Below, in pieces: positions 28,941 to 38,824 of a DNA stretch of 64,000 nt. The position numbers were made by a program, and so were the translations under genes. Location of the stretch: NCBI GenBank assembly GCA_944389185.1, contig CALXLL010000002.1, forward strand, positions 96,359 through 160,358, in the 5' to 3' direction. Position 1 is the first letter of the stretch; each line of letters starts with the position of its first letter. This stretch comes from an uncultured Alphaproteobacteria bacterium. Lineage in GTDB: Bacteria; Pseudomonadota; Alphaproteobacteria; Rs-D84. The notes under the pieces were generated by a model. The model had not been told where the DNA came from. It saw nothing but the letters and a program-made list of their open reading frames with translations, and did no database searches.

Positions 28941-29645
28941 TTACTCTCGCCAAGTGACTGATTCAAAAAGCGAATTTATTTCTTCTTTCAGTTTTTCATC
29001 TGTAAAAAATTGCGCTCTTTCATCTGCCGTTGTCGGACAATCTTTTTCTTCTTTGTATGGTATATATTTTTGTATGGCTATTTTGGGAACTTTTTTATCG
29101 TGTAATTCGTGTGCTATTTGTAGCAAATCTTGCTTTGATATATAACGAGGATCACAAGTCATACGAACTTCCATATCTTTACCTGTTTGCAGCCATATAT
29201 CAAGGCTTTTTAACATATGCTGATAAGCAAGGTCAAATCCTGTTAATTCTTTATATTTATCTTTGTTAACAGCTTTGAAGTCAAGTCCTATCCAATCTAT
29301 GAATTGTGATGCTTTTTGTAACGTTTCCGGATAAAAACCGTTCGTATGCAGACCGATATTAAAACCAAGATTTTTAACTCTCTGCATATATTCTAGTAAA
29401 GCGTCCCCTTGCATTAACGCTTCACCGCCAGAAAAAACGATGGCTTCTAATTTACCGACCCTTGATTTAATCCAATCGAACACTTTTTCAGGATCGTATT
29501 CACCATCGCGAACGTCAAGCAGATGGGAGTTTGAACAATAAGCACATCTTAACGGGCAACCAACTAAGAATACAACGCCAGCAAGCTTCCCAGGATAGTC
29601 TATTGTCGTAAACGATACCAAACCCCCAATCTGAATTTCTTTCAT
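28941..29645 (-). CDS. nrdG: Anaerobic ribonucleoside-triphosphate reductase activating protein (radical SAM)
   Basis: GCPLRCAYCSN cluster motif and FSGGEAL. The gene starts 4 nt after the glycyl-radical mini-ORF. Confidence 0.88.
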   Translation of the reverse strand: MKEIQIGGLVSFTTIDYPGKLAGVVFLVGCPLRCAYCSNSHLLDVRDGEYDPEKVFDWIKSRVGKLEAIVFSGGEALMQGDALLEYMQRVKNLGFNIGLHTNGFYPETLQKASQFIDWIGLDFKAVNKDKYKELTGFDLAYQHMLKSLDIWLQTGKDMEVRMTCDPRYISKQDLLQIAHELHDKKVPKIAIQKYIPYKEEKDCPTTADERAQFFTDEKLKEEINSLFESVTWRE

Positions 29646-29649
29646 GACT

Positions 29650-29832
29650 TTATGCAGCTTTTTTCATAAGTTCAGAATGTCTTTGACCTGTGGATAAGCA
29701 ATTTGCTTCTGTAAATGTTTTTCTTTCGCAAAATTCAGAATACTTACCAATGTTAAAGTTAGATACTTGTTTGATATATCCCATCGCGCGTGAGAATCTT
29801 TCACATGGTGTTCTTTCTGTTGTTTGGTCCAT
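29650..29832 (-). CDS. Stand-alone glycyl-radical C-terminal piece of NrdD
   Basis: TPCERFSRAMGYIKQVSNFNIGKYSEFCERK matches the canonical NrdD C-terminus (C-E-V-Y-S-R-V-x-G-Y...W-N-x-G-K..E-F..R). It has its own GGGAGG SD 7 nt upstream of the ATG. Confidence 0.7.
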   Translation of the reverse strand: MDQTTERTPCERFSRAMGYIKQVSNFNIGKYSEFCERKTFTEANCLSTGQRHSELMKKAA

Positions 29833-29863
29833 AGTTTTCCTCCCTTTCGTTTTGTTGTTTTTT

Positions 29864-31894
29864 TTATTTTTTGTTTTGATTAGCTGCTATTTCCGCATCA
29901 CATTTCGGGCAGAATTCGTAATTTCCTGCCAGGTATCCATGCTTTGGACATATAGAGAATGTCGGCGTTAAAGTCATATACGGAATCTTATAGTTTTCAA
30001 AAATAGTGCGAACAATTTTTTCTGCAGCTTCACCAGAAGATACCGGTTCGCCAAGATACAAGTGGAACATTGTTCCGCCAGTGTATTTACGTTGTAATTC
30101 TTCTTGATGCTCTAATGCTACAAACGGGTCATCTGTAAAGTTAACCGGCAACTGCGTAGAGTTTGTATAATACGGGGCTTCTTTTGTCCCAGCGGTAATT
30201 ATATCTGGGAAGTTCTTTGTATCTGTTTTTGCAAACCGATAAGAACAACCTTCTGCTGGTGTGGCTTCCAGATTATACAAATTACCTGTCTGTTCTTGGA
30301 AGTTAGCCAGATGATCACGTATAAAATCCATAATTTCCAGAACTAAGTTTTTACCAAACGGCGTAGCAATATTTTCTTTGTCGTTAGTAAAGTTACGAAC
30401 CATTTCATTTGCACCGTTAACGCCGATAGTAGAAAAATGATGATTCCAATTACCAAGATAACGTTTAGTGAATGGATACAAACCATTTTCCATATTCTTG
30501 GTTATAATCTTGCGCTTTATTTCCAAAGAATCGCGTGCTAATTCAAGTAAGCGCTTTAATTCTTTAAATAAACCTTCTTTATCTCCTTTGTGAACGTAAC
30601 CCAGACGAGCCAAATTAATCGTTACAACACCGATAGAACCTGTTTTTTCTGCTGAACCGAATAGACCACCGCCACGTTTTAACAGCTCGCGCACGTCAAG
30701 ACGCAATCTGCAGCACATAGATCGAACGTCGGATGGGTTTAAGTCAGAGTTTAAGAAGTTCTGAAAGTTTGGAATACCATACTTTGCCGCCAATTCAAAT
30801 AAAGGCTTTACATTAGGATGATTCCAAGGAAAATCGTTTGTTATGTTATAAGTTGGAATAGGAAATGTAAATGGACGACCTTGTGCGTCGCCTTCGGTCA
30901 TTACTTCTATGAAGGCTTTGTTTATCATATCCATTTCATGTTGTAAATCACCGTATGTAAAATCAACTTGCTTAGATCCTATAAAAGGATGTTGATTTTT
31001 TAAATCTTCCGGGCAAGTCCAATCAAACGTGAAGTTAATGAATGGCGTTTGCGTTCCCCAACGACATGGCACAGCGCAATTAAATATAAGCGTTTGCATT
31101 GCGTTCTTAACATCTTCATAAGAAAGATTGTCTATTCTTATATATGGTGCAAGATACGTATCAACTGACGAAAACGCCTGGGCCCCCGCAGATTCGTTTT
31201 GCAAAGTTCCAAGAAAGTTAACCATATGAGATATCGCCGTAGCCATGTGCTTAGCCGGTTTACATTGCAGGTAACCAGGCACACCGTTAAATCCTTCGTA
31301 TAATAATTCCCTTAAAGACCAACCTGCACAATAACCTGTTAACCAGCCTAAATCGTGAATATGAAAAGCTGCACGTTTATGAGCGTCAGATATTTCTTTT
31401 GGGTATAAGTTTAACCAATATTCAGCAATGACCCTTTCACTGGTGCGCATAATCAATCCACCAATTGAATACCCTACATTAGCATTTTCTTTAACGCGCC
31501 AATTTGAACCGCCTACATACCCTTCTATTAAATCTACGGCGTCTATATAAGAATCTCTTATTTCCGCGCGCTTTTGACGGTATATAATATAAGCTTCCGC
31601 TGTTTTATATGCTTTTTCATCCATTAATGTCCGGACGACTATATCTTGAATATTTTCAACTGTTGGCGTTTTACCTTCATATAAAGCATCCAGTCTTTCT
31701 AAAACTTTTTGTGTAATAGAAGTTATCTGAGAATCGGGAACTTCTTTCGTAACTGCAACAGCCTTTTTTATGGCTTCGTATATCTTTCTGGCATCAAAAG
31801 GAACGGTTTCACCAGAACGCTTTTGAACGGCAAAAAGTTTTGTCGTAAGTGTCGTAACTATTTCAATTTTCGTTTCTTTTTGTGCTTCTGACAT
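29864..31894 (-). CDS. nrdD: Anaerobic ribonucleoside-triphosphate reductase, large piece lacking the glycyl-radical loop
   Basis: ATP-cone (VQKRSGETVPFDARKIYEAI), the class III RNR core, and PTFSICPKHGYLAGNYEFCPKC (first Cys residues of the Zn ribbon), then a stop. The start is moved to MSEAQKE (cat 31892-31894). Confidence 0.9.
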   Translation of the reverse strand: MSEAQKETKIEIVTTLTTKLFAVQKRSGETVPFDARKIYEAIKKAVAVTKEVPDSQITSITQKVLERLDALYEGKTPTVENIQDIVVRTLMDEKAYKTAEAYIIYRQKRAEIRDSYIDAVDLIEGYVGGSNWRVKENANVGYSIGGLIMRTSERVIAEYWLNLYPKEISDAHKRAAFHIHDLGWLTGYCAGWSLRELLYEGFNGVPGYLQCKPAKHMATAISHMVNFLGTLQNESAGAQAFSSVDTYLAPYIRIDNLSYEDVKNAMQTLIFNCAVPCRWGTQTPFINFTFDWTCPEDLKNQHPFIGSKQVDFTYGDLQHEMDMINKAFIEVMTEGDAQGRPFTFPIPTYNITNDFPWNHPNVKPLFELAAKYGIPNFQNFLNSDLNPSDVRSMCCRLRLDVRELLKRGGGLFGSAEKTGSIGVVTINLARLGYVHKGDKEGLFKELKRLLELARDSLEIKRKIITKNMENGLYPFTKRYLGNWNHHFSTIGVNGANEMVRNFTNDKENIATPFGKNLVLEIMDFIRDHLANFQEQTGNLYNLEATPAEGCSYRFAKTDTKNFPDIITAGTKEAPYYTNSTQLPVNFTDDPFVALEHQEELQRKYTGGTMFHLYLGEPVSSGEAAEKIVRTIFENYKIPYMTLTPTFSICPKHGYLAGNYEFCPKCDAEIAANQNKK

Positions 31895-31917
31895 GATAAA
31901 ACCCCATTTAGTTAAAA

Positions 31918-31966
31918 ACACAATATATAGTAGTGTATTTGTTGTTTTTATAACAATATATAGTTT
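31918..31966 (-). promoter_or_regulatory. Two tandem NrdR-box-like palindromes upstream of nrdD
   Basis: ACACAATATATAGTAG (31918-31933) and TAACAATATATAGTTT (31951-31966) resemble the acaCwAtATaTwGtgt consensus. They are spaced about three helical turns apart, just upstream of the nrdD start. Confidence 0.55.
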
Positions 31967-32355
31967 TATTGCATTTGTATCAATTAAGAAAAAAATAAAA
32001 AATATTTATTTTTTACTTTACTTTTTAAAAAGGGGGTTATCTGCGCCTTTCAGCATTACCGAATCAGTATTGGTAATACACAAAACATTGTTTTGTATTA
32101 AAAAAAGTTCATTTTCATGACAGGAAATGATTCGGATTTTTGTTGTTGGTTTACAAAATATAGTAATAGAATCGAATGATTTCTCAATATATTGATTAAC
32201 GTAACGAATCTTTTTAGTTCTTTATTATAGGAACGTATTATTGTTTTTCGTATAAAATAGGTTGTGTTTCCTTATTAAAAAGGGGTATACTGCATAGTAA
32301 TCTAGGTTTTTATGACTTAGGTTCCATTTAACCAACAATAAAGGTTTATATAAAA

Positions 32356-33939
32356 ATGAAAAATATTTATGATATGTTGCATAGCGTTTGTCAAAAGAAC
32401 AAAGACCGTATTTTCTTTGTCAGACAAAACGAAACTTATGCTGATTTATTAAGAAAAGTGAAACAGCGCGCAGTATTGTTGGCGCAACGTTTCGGTATAA
32501 AGAAGGGGGATACGGTTGCTATTTTATCTGGTAATACCCCAGATTTTATAAGGTCTTATTTTGCAATTACTTCACAGGGGGCAAAGGTTTTGATGTTGGA
32601 TACTGGTTTGGCGACAGTTGAACATCTGAATATGATGAAGCGAACTGATTGTAAGTTATTGCTGGCGCAACGTTCTTATTTTATTGAAGGCGCACCAGAA
32701 ACGTTTGATATAGAAAATGAAGACGATACAAACGAAAGTGATTTTGTTGCAGCAGATGTGAAACGTGAAGATATAGCTATGTTGTCTTTTACGTCTGGTT
32801 CTACGGGGAATCCGAAAGTTGTTGGCTTGACTCATAATAATATATTATCTTTGGGTGAAGGGGCATTATTTTATAAACCCGTTATTCATCCTGGGTATAC
32901 TTTTTACGGCTTCTTACCTTTATACCATATATATGGCGTAGTTATAAATATAGTTGCACCGTTGGTTTTAGAAGGTAAGTTATTATTGCAATCAATCCTT
33001 AATCCACGAGAGTTTTTAAAAGATTTCCAAGAATATAAGCCGGAAGTTATACCTGCTGTCCCGCGCGTATGGGAAGGTTTTTATAAAAGAATAGTATCTA
33101 CGGCGAAAGAAAAACACTTATATACTATTATGAGAATAGTTATGTCTTCCAGAAAAATATTACGTGCAATTGGTTTGGGGGTATTAGTAGATAAAGTCAC
33201 AAAACCAATTCATGATTTATTCGGTGGTCATACAAAAGTTCTGGTTTCAGCTGGGGCGACTTTAAAGCCAAGCATACGAAAGTTTTTTGAAAGTTTAGAC
33301 TTCGTTGTTGGTGATTGTTATGGTTTAACTGAAACAACAGGACCTGCCAATTTTAATTTTGCTTTTAAATTATCGGACGGTTCAATGCATTATGCTGGAC
33401 CTTTGCCGGGAAATGAAATCCAGATACATGACCCTGATAAACATGGAATCGGTGAAATATGGGTTCGCGGTAATCTGGTTATGCCGGGATATATTGATAA
33501 TCAAGAAGCAAACGAAAAAGCTTTTGAAGACGGCTGGTTTAAAACCGGTGATATCGGAAAGCTTGATAAGTATGGTCGTTTGGTTGTAAAGGGGCGTAAA
33601 AAGCAAGTTATCGTTTTAGATAGCGGCAAAAACGTTTTCCCGGACGAACTTGAAGATTTATATTTACAAAACGAAGAAATATTGGCAGCAGCGGTATTTG
33701 AATATGTTATCAAAGGAAAGGTTGTTCCTTTTGCTGTATTTCAAGTTAAACCAGGAACTACGTTGGCAAAGGTTGCTTTGTTGGTAAAGGCATCTAATTT
33801 AACGATTGCACCTTATAAGTGGGTAAAGCATTTTGCGATTACCGAAGATGAATTACCACAAACGTCCGCAAAGAAAATAAAGCACTTTGCAGTTAAAGAA
33901 ATGTTAGATAAAGGGGCTTTTGTTCGACAAGAAAACTAA
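32356..33939 (+). CDS. AMP-dependent synthetase/ligase (long-chain acyl-CoA synthetase-like)
   Basis: LSFTSGSTGNPKVV, DCYGLTETT, and TGDIGKLDKYGRLVVKGRKK motifs. Confidence 0.8.
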   Translation: MKNIYDMLHSVCQKNKDRIFFVRQNETYADLLRKVKQRAVLLAQRFGIKKGDTVAILSGNTPDFIRSYFAITSQGAKVLMLDTGLATVEHLNMMKRTDCKLLLAQRSYFIEGAPETFDIENEDDTNESDFVAADVKREDIAMLSFTSGSTGNPKVVGLTHNNILSLGEGALFYKPVIHPGYTFYGFLPLYHIYGVVINIVAPLVLEGKLLLQSILNPREFLKDFQEYKPEVIPAVPRVWEGFYKRIVSTAKEKHLYTIMRIVMSSRKILRAIGLGVLVDKVTKPIHDLFGGHTKVLVSAGATLKPSIRKFFESLDFVVGDCYGLTETTGPANFNFAFKLSDGSMHYAGPLPGNEIQIHDPDKHGIGEIWVRGNLVMPGYIDNQEANEKAFEDGWFKTGDIGKLDKYGRLVVKGRKKQVIVLDSGKNVFPDELEDLYLQNEEILAAAVFEYVIKGKVVPFAVFQVKPGTTLAKVALLVKASNLTIAPYKWVKHFAITEDELPQTSAKKIKHFAVKEMLDKGAFVRQEN

Positions 33940-33958
33940 AGTCTTTGTATTGTATGAA

Positions 33959-33987
33959 AGAATCGGGTTAACAGACCCGATTTTTTA
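33959..33987 (+). terminator. Rho-independent terminator
   Basis: Hairpin AATCGGGT-taacag-ACCCGATT followed by a T run. Confidence 0.85.
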
Positions 33988-34058
33988 TATTATTTTTCTT
34001 ATAATATATTGACAAAGTTTATGTTTGTATTATATTATAATGTGAAAAGAGAGTAGAT

Positions 34059-34544
34059 ATGTATAATAAACCAGAGTTTTTTAGATTTATAGAATCTGAC
34101 TTCAAAGGGTGCGACTTGAAGGGGTTAGTTTTATTTTCTATTGGAAGTGTGGATAAGAAGATATCAGATTTAAAGGAAGAAATTGATAGAAACGAGACTC
34201 TGGATACAAGTTATATGCCGCATAACGAACGTCATGAAATAATAAATGATATAAACGCCGCTAAAGCCGAGATTGCAAGATTAGAGAAAGCAAAATGTAA
34301 TTTTAACGCTTCAAGTCATAATCTTTATGCTATTTTATCCAAGAAAAAAAAATCATTAGAGTATGAGATAAGCTCTTTAGAGAGTCGTATAGAAAACTAC
34401 GAGATAAATTGTCAAACTGCAGAATTCGGTAAAGAAGCTAATGGTATTTATGCTGAAGAGTTGGATCATGCAAATAAAGAACTGCAATTAAAAGAGCAGT
34501 TATTAAAATCTGTATTAAGCAATATGATGCAGTTATCTTATTAA
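34059..34544 (+). CDS. Hypothetical coiled-coil protein
   Basis: 161-aa ORF, heptad-rich, followed by a terminator. Confidence 0.4.
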   Translation: MYNKPEFFRFIESDFKGCDLKGLVLFSIGSVDKKISDLKEEIDRNETLDTSYMPHNERHEIINDINAAKAEIARLEKAKCNFNASSHNLYAILSKKKKSLEYEISSLESRIENYEINCQTAEFGKEANGIYAEELDHANKELQLKEQLLKSVLSNMMQLSY

Positions 34545-34573
34545 ATAAGCGCCGATAAAAGGCGCTTATTTTA
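34545..34573. terminator. Bidirectional terminator
   Basis: Hairpin ATAAGCGCC-gataaaa-GGCGCTTAT between convergent genes. Confidence 0.8.
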
Positions 34574-35812
34574 TTCTTCGCATATTGCGATGTATGGCGG
34601 GAAAGATTTTTCTTTATCTATTTTCTTTTCACCGCAATCCAAGCAATTAAACTTTCTATTTTGTGAATGTTGTTTATCCAGTATAACTTGTCTTCCGTCA
34701 AGTGCGCTTACTTGTGCTGCATAAGAATATGTTGGGAAACCAAAGTAAAAAGCTTTTGATTCACCTTGACAGCTTTTTACGTCCCCCGGATAACAACTGG
34801 GGTTTGATAATTTATCTGGGTCGGGTATACATATTGATACGCAAGTTTCAGAATCTGTAATCATAAGTTCACAATCTGTGCAAGACGTTGACGTTACTCT
34901 GACCGTAGTTCCTAAGGCACCGTATACTGGGCTGGATATTACATTAGAGCATTTTTTTAAGTCTTCCATTGCCGCTGGGTCCGTAACGCATTCCCATTCA
35001 AGATTGTTGTAATTTAATCTTGCAATCATACCTTCTGGACATACTTTGTCGGCGAAAGGGTTTATGCATTCCCATACGTCGTCAACTATTACAGCGGTTT
35101 GTTGTTCAGCGCAAAGAGGTTTCTTAGATTCGTCAGGAACGCATTCTAATAATTCTGAATCCCATATCATATCGCCACCGCAATCTGTTTTCGTATTATA
35201 TGGTATACATTGCCAGCGACTGAAACGGTAAGTTTTTATTGTCCCCGTCGGACATATAATATCGTTGTTTATAGGTGCTGTATATTGCGTTTCTGTATCT
35301 GGTATTTCATATTGAGTCATATATATAAGCTGTCCGTTTTGAAGGTCAAGGGCATCTATTATACTGTCCGGAACTTTTGTTCTGCTGCCTATGTCATTTG
35401 CCATTATTTCGCCATCGATAAATATTCCGAAATTACCTGCTTCGTAATAGTATTCTTCCAAAATGTCCAACATATTAGAAAAGTCTTTGTCTTGTAAAGG
35501 TTTGGTTGTTGTGATTATATAACTGAAATCCGGTTTTTTATTTCGGACTATTTCACAAGATATTTCACGCATCGTAGCGTTTAAGCAAATAAAATCATTC
35601 TTTACTTGGTTCTGTTCCAAGCATATATCTTGCATATTCTGCCCTTTTATCGCTGCGTTATGAGAAGAAACGGCACATTCTGCAAAAGAGTGCAAGTCAG
35701 CTTTGGTTACTGCATATTCTGTTTCTTGTTCTTGAATTTGTTGGCTGGGGCTTCGTATAATGTAATAACCGACCATAAAAACAGAGATTAAAATCATTAT
35801 AAAAATATTCAT
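34571..35812 (-). CDS. Membrane-anchored Cys-rich repeat protein, unknown function
   Basis: One N-terminal TM helix and more than 25 Cys. A module recurs four times: CPTGTIKTYRFSRWQCIP, CGGDMIWDSELLECVP, CAEQQTAVIVDDVWECIN, CPEGMIARLNYNNLEWECVT. Confidence 0.5.
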   Translation of the reverse strand: MNIFIMILISVFMVGYYIIRSPSQQIQEQETEYAVTKADLHSFAECAVSSHNAAIKGQNMQDICLEQNQVKNDFICLNATMREISCEIVRNKKPDFSYIITTTKPLQDKDFSNMLDILEEYYYEAGNFGIFIDGEIMANDIGSRTKVPDSIIDALDLQNGQLIYMTQYEIPDTETQYTAPINNDIICPTGTIKTYRFSRWQCIPYNTKTDCGGDMIWDSELLECVPDESKKPLCAEQQTAVIVDDVWECINPFADKVCPEGMIARLNYNNLEWECVTDPAAMEDLKKCSNVISSPVYGALGTTVRVTSTSCTDCELMITDSETCVSICIPDPDKLSNPSCYPGDVKSCQGESKAFYFGFPTYSYAAQVSALDGRQVILDKQHSQNRKFNCLDCGEKKIDKEKSFPPYIAICEE

Positions 35813-35901
35813 TATTCCCTCTTGCGATTTAATTAAAGTCTAGGTAATATAAGAATAAAATGCAATAGGAAAACTTTATAAATAAATTATTAGGTATAAA
35901 A

Positions 35902-36372
35902 ATGAAAAAGCTTATTTTATTTTTTCTTCTTGCGGCGTGCGGTTTTAAGCCTATGTTTTCCGGAAATGATACGGATATATATGTTGCACCAATCAGCGGT
36001 ATTAATGGTATAGAACTTAGAAATAGTCTTAACGCAAAGTTTGGGGGGCAACGTGAATCTGATGCTGCTTATACGTTAACGGTTAATTTATCAAATCCTT
36101 TAACTAAGTATAAAGCTTTGGAAACAACAGGTGATGCAACTTGGCAAGAAATAAATGTCCGCGCAAGTTATGTCCTTAGTCGCAACGGTAAAAAGATAGT
36201 TTCTGGTTCGGAAAGTGCTTCGGAATCTTACAGTTTTGTGCGTTACTTGGTTGCTTCTAATGCTGCTTATAATAATGCAGTATCTAATTCTATAAATGTA
36301 TTATCTGAAAAGATAAGTGCTAAGGTAATTGCTGCGACAAGCCAATATGAAAGTCAACAAAACGCTGATTAA
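35902..36372 (+). CDS. lptE: LPS-assembly lipoprotein LptE
   Basis: Lipobox LLAACGFKP, about 155 aa, immediately upstream of holA (conserved lptE-holA synteny). Confidence 0.7.
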   Translation: MKKLILFFLLAACGFKPMFSGNDTDIYVAPISGINGIELRNSLNAKFGGQRESDAAYTLTVNLSNPLTKYKALETTGDATWQEINVRASYVLSRNGKKIVSGSESASESYSFVRYLVASNAAYNNAVSNSINVLSEKISAKVIAATSQYESQQNAD

Positions 36373-36374
36373 TA

Positions 36375-37361
36375 ATGAAGTGGAAAGAATCAGATTTTAA
36401 TGGTGGGTTAAACAAGGTTAAGGCTATCTTGATTTACGGTCAAGATGCTGGGCAGGTTGACGAGTTTTGTGACAAAGCGATTTCAAAGCTTGAAATAGAC
36501 AAAGATAATTTGTTTACATTAGATTCAGATGAATTAAAAGAAAAGCAAGATGCTTTATTTGCAGAAGCTTGCAGTCCTTCTATGTTTGGCGGATCAAAAA
36601 TGGTTATCATTTCAAATGCTGGTGATAGTGACGCTAAACAAATTGCAGATTTAGTTGAATGCCCTGGGTTATATGCCAAAGTAATCGTGACGGGGAATGA
36701 CTTACGTGCAGGTGGTGGGTTAAGAACTTTATTTGAATCCGGTGATGATATAGCTGCGCTGGCTTGCTATAATGATGATGCGAAATCCTTGGCGGCTTTA
36801 ATAAGGAAAGAGTTGTCTGCGGAAAACGGTATACAGCAGATTACACCGGATGCAATGGATTATATGATTGCTCATCTTGGTGGCGACAGGGGAATAACAA
36901 AAGGTTTCCTTGCTAAGATAGCTTTATATGTAGATGATAAAAAGGTTGTAGATTTAGAAGATGTTGAAAAATGTTTACCAGATACAGGTGTCGCCGATAT
37001 AGATGATTTCTTATATTCGTTAACGGCTGGTTATATTCAACAGACTATGACAGCTTTGGACAGGTTGTTATATAATAATGCGGAACCAAATATGTTATTG
37101 CGTATGCTGGACATACATTTTAAAAAATTATTAACGGCGGTTTTAGACGGTCAGTTGCCAAGAATATTTTGGAAGGTCGCCGACAGGTTTAATAAGGCCA
37201 TGAAAATATGGTCAGAATCAGAAATAGTTTCCGTATTATCAAGATTAAACGAACTTGAAAAACAATTAAAGACTACTGGTATGCCGGCAGAAGTTTTATT
37301 ACGAGATTTCGCATTGAAACTTAGTGTTCGTGCCGCCAAGCTTTCAGTAAGGAGAATATAA
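36375..37361 (+). CDS. holA: DNA polymerase III delta subunit
   Basis: About 330 aa, ILIYGQD-type N-terminus, synteny with lptE. Confidence 0.65.
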   Translation: MKWKESDFNGGLNKVKAILIYGQDAGQVDEFCDKAISKLEIDKDNLFTLDSDELKEKQDALFAEACSPSMFGGSKMVIISNAGDSDAKQIADLVECPGLYAKVIVTGNDLRAGGGLRTLFESGDDIAALACYNDDAKSLAALIRKELSAENGIQQITPDAMDYMIAHLGGDRGITKGFLAKIALYVDDKKVVDLEDVEKCLPDTGVADIDDFLYSLTAGYIQQTMTALDRLLYNNAEPNMLLRMLDIHFKKLLTAVLDGQLPRIFWKVADRFNKAMKIWSESEIVSVLSRLNELEKQLKTTGMPAEVLLRDFALKLSVRAAKLSVRRI

Positions 37362-37364
37362 TAA

Positions 37365-38129
37365 ATGCTTGCTTCTGTTTATGCGCCGAAGGATTTTAAA
37401 AGATTGCGTGTTGTAGGTGATTTGGTTGCTAGATGCTTTGATTATATAACACCGCATATCAAAGCCAGTATTTCTACTGGTGAAATAGATAGAATGGTTG
37501 CTGATTTCTTGAAAGCGAATGGGGCCAGGTCTTCGGATTTAGGTTATCAAGGTTATCCTAAAAGCATATGCACTTCTGTTAATGATGTAATCGTTCACGG
37601 TATCCCAAGCGACGATGTTATCTTGAAAGATGGGGATATAGTTAATGTTGATTTAACCGCCGAGTATAAAGGTTTTCACGGCGATTCTTCACGCATGTTT
37701 ATGATTGGGAAAGTTACTCCAAAAGCAAGGGAACTAGTAAATACATGTCAAGATGCTTTGAATGCGGCAATTGCCGTTTGTGCACCTGGCGTTCCGTTAT
37801 CGGAAATAGGTAAGACGATAGAAGCGGTTGTAAAACCACATGGTTTTTCAATATCCAGAGATTTTGTAGGTCACGGCATCGGTAAGGTTATGCATGATGA
37901 TCCGCAAATATTTCATTTTTATGACAAAATGTGGGACAAAGTAAAAATGGTCCCGGGTTTAGTATTTACAATAGAACCAATGATAAATACGGGTAGACCC
38001 GAATGTAAAATAGATGCGGATGGATGGACTGCCAGAACGATTGATGGTGGTTTATCTGCGCAGTGGGAACATACCATAGGTATAACAGAAGACGGTGCAA
38101 TTATCTTTACAGAAAAGATGATTGAATAG
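37365..38129 (+). CDS. map: Type I methionine aminopeptidase
   Basis: Metal-ligand pattern VNVDLTAEYKGFHGDSSRMF, GHGIG, FTIEPM and QWEHT. Confidence 0.92.
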   Translation: MLASVYAPKDFKRLRVVGDLVARCFDYITPHIKASISTGEIDRMVADFLKANGARSSDLGYQGYPKSICTSVNDVIVHGIPSDDVILKDGDIVNVDLTAEYKGFHGDSSRMFMIGKVTPKARELVNTCQDALNAAIAVCAPGVPLSEIGKTIEAVVKPHGFSISRDFVGHGIGKVMHDDPQIFHFYDKMWDKVKMVPGLVFTIEPMINTGRPECKIDADGWTARTIDGGLSAQWEHTIGITEDGAIIFTEKMIE

Positions 38130-38141
38130 TATAATATTGCT

Positions 38142-38822
38142 ATGAAGCAAGAAGATATATCTTTTCATCAAGGGCATCGCGAACGGCTTAGACAAAAGTT
38201 TTTGGAAGATAAAATAACAGATTATGAATTATTGGAACTTTTGTTAAGTTTTGCTATTCCAAGAATTGACGTCAGACCTTTGGCACGCGGGTTGATGAAA
38301 AAGTTTGGGGGTCTGTATCAGATTTTAACGGCTTCTTATGAAGATTTGATTTCTTATAAAGGTATCGGTAAAAATACTGCGGTTTTTATAAAAGCTATTC
38401 AGAGCGTTATGATAAAAGGTTATAAATCTTGCTTGGACACAAGACCGATATTTCATGACGAAAATATTCTTTCTAATTATTGTAAGCTTATGCTAGCAGG
38501 TAAGGCAGTAGAAGAGTTTCATATTTTATATTTAAATACGGACAGGCGATTACTGGCAGACGATTTGCACAGCACTGGAACGGTAGATTGGACGGCTGTA
38601 TACCCACGTGAAATATTGAAACGAGCCCTAGATTTAAATGCTAAATATTTGGTTCTTCTTCATAATCATCCGACACCTAACAGGTCTTTTTCTATGCAAG
38701 ACATCGAAACTACAATGAATATTCAACATCTTTTATCTGCCGTAGATATTGAATTATATGACCATTTCATTGTTTCAGGTGGGATACTTTATTCAGCTAA
38801 AAATATGTTTTTATTAAAATAA
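38142..38822 (+). CDS. radC: RadC-family JAMM protein
   Basis: HhH (GIGKNTA) and LLHNHPT JAMM motif. Confidence 0.88.
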   Translation: MKQEDISFHQGHRERLRQKFLEDKITDYELLELLLSFAIPRIDVRPLARGLMKKFGGLYQILTASYEDLISYKGIGKNTAVFIKAIQSVMIKGYKSCLDTRPIFHDENILSNYCKLMLAGKAVEEFHILYLNTDRRLLADDLHSTGTVDWTAVYPREILKRALDLNAKYLVLLHNHPTPNRSFSMQDIETTMNIQHLLSAVDIELYDHFIVSGGILYSAKNMFLLK

Positions 38823-38824
38823 GC

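Noticed and set aside
31893-32120. A 75-aa plus-strand ORF in the nrdD upstream region.
   Set aside because: It lies in AT-rich promoter DNA containing the NrdR-like boxes. Its product is low-complexity and hydrophobic, with no SD.
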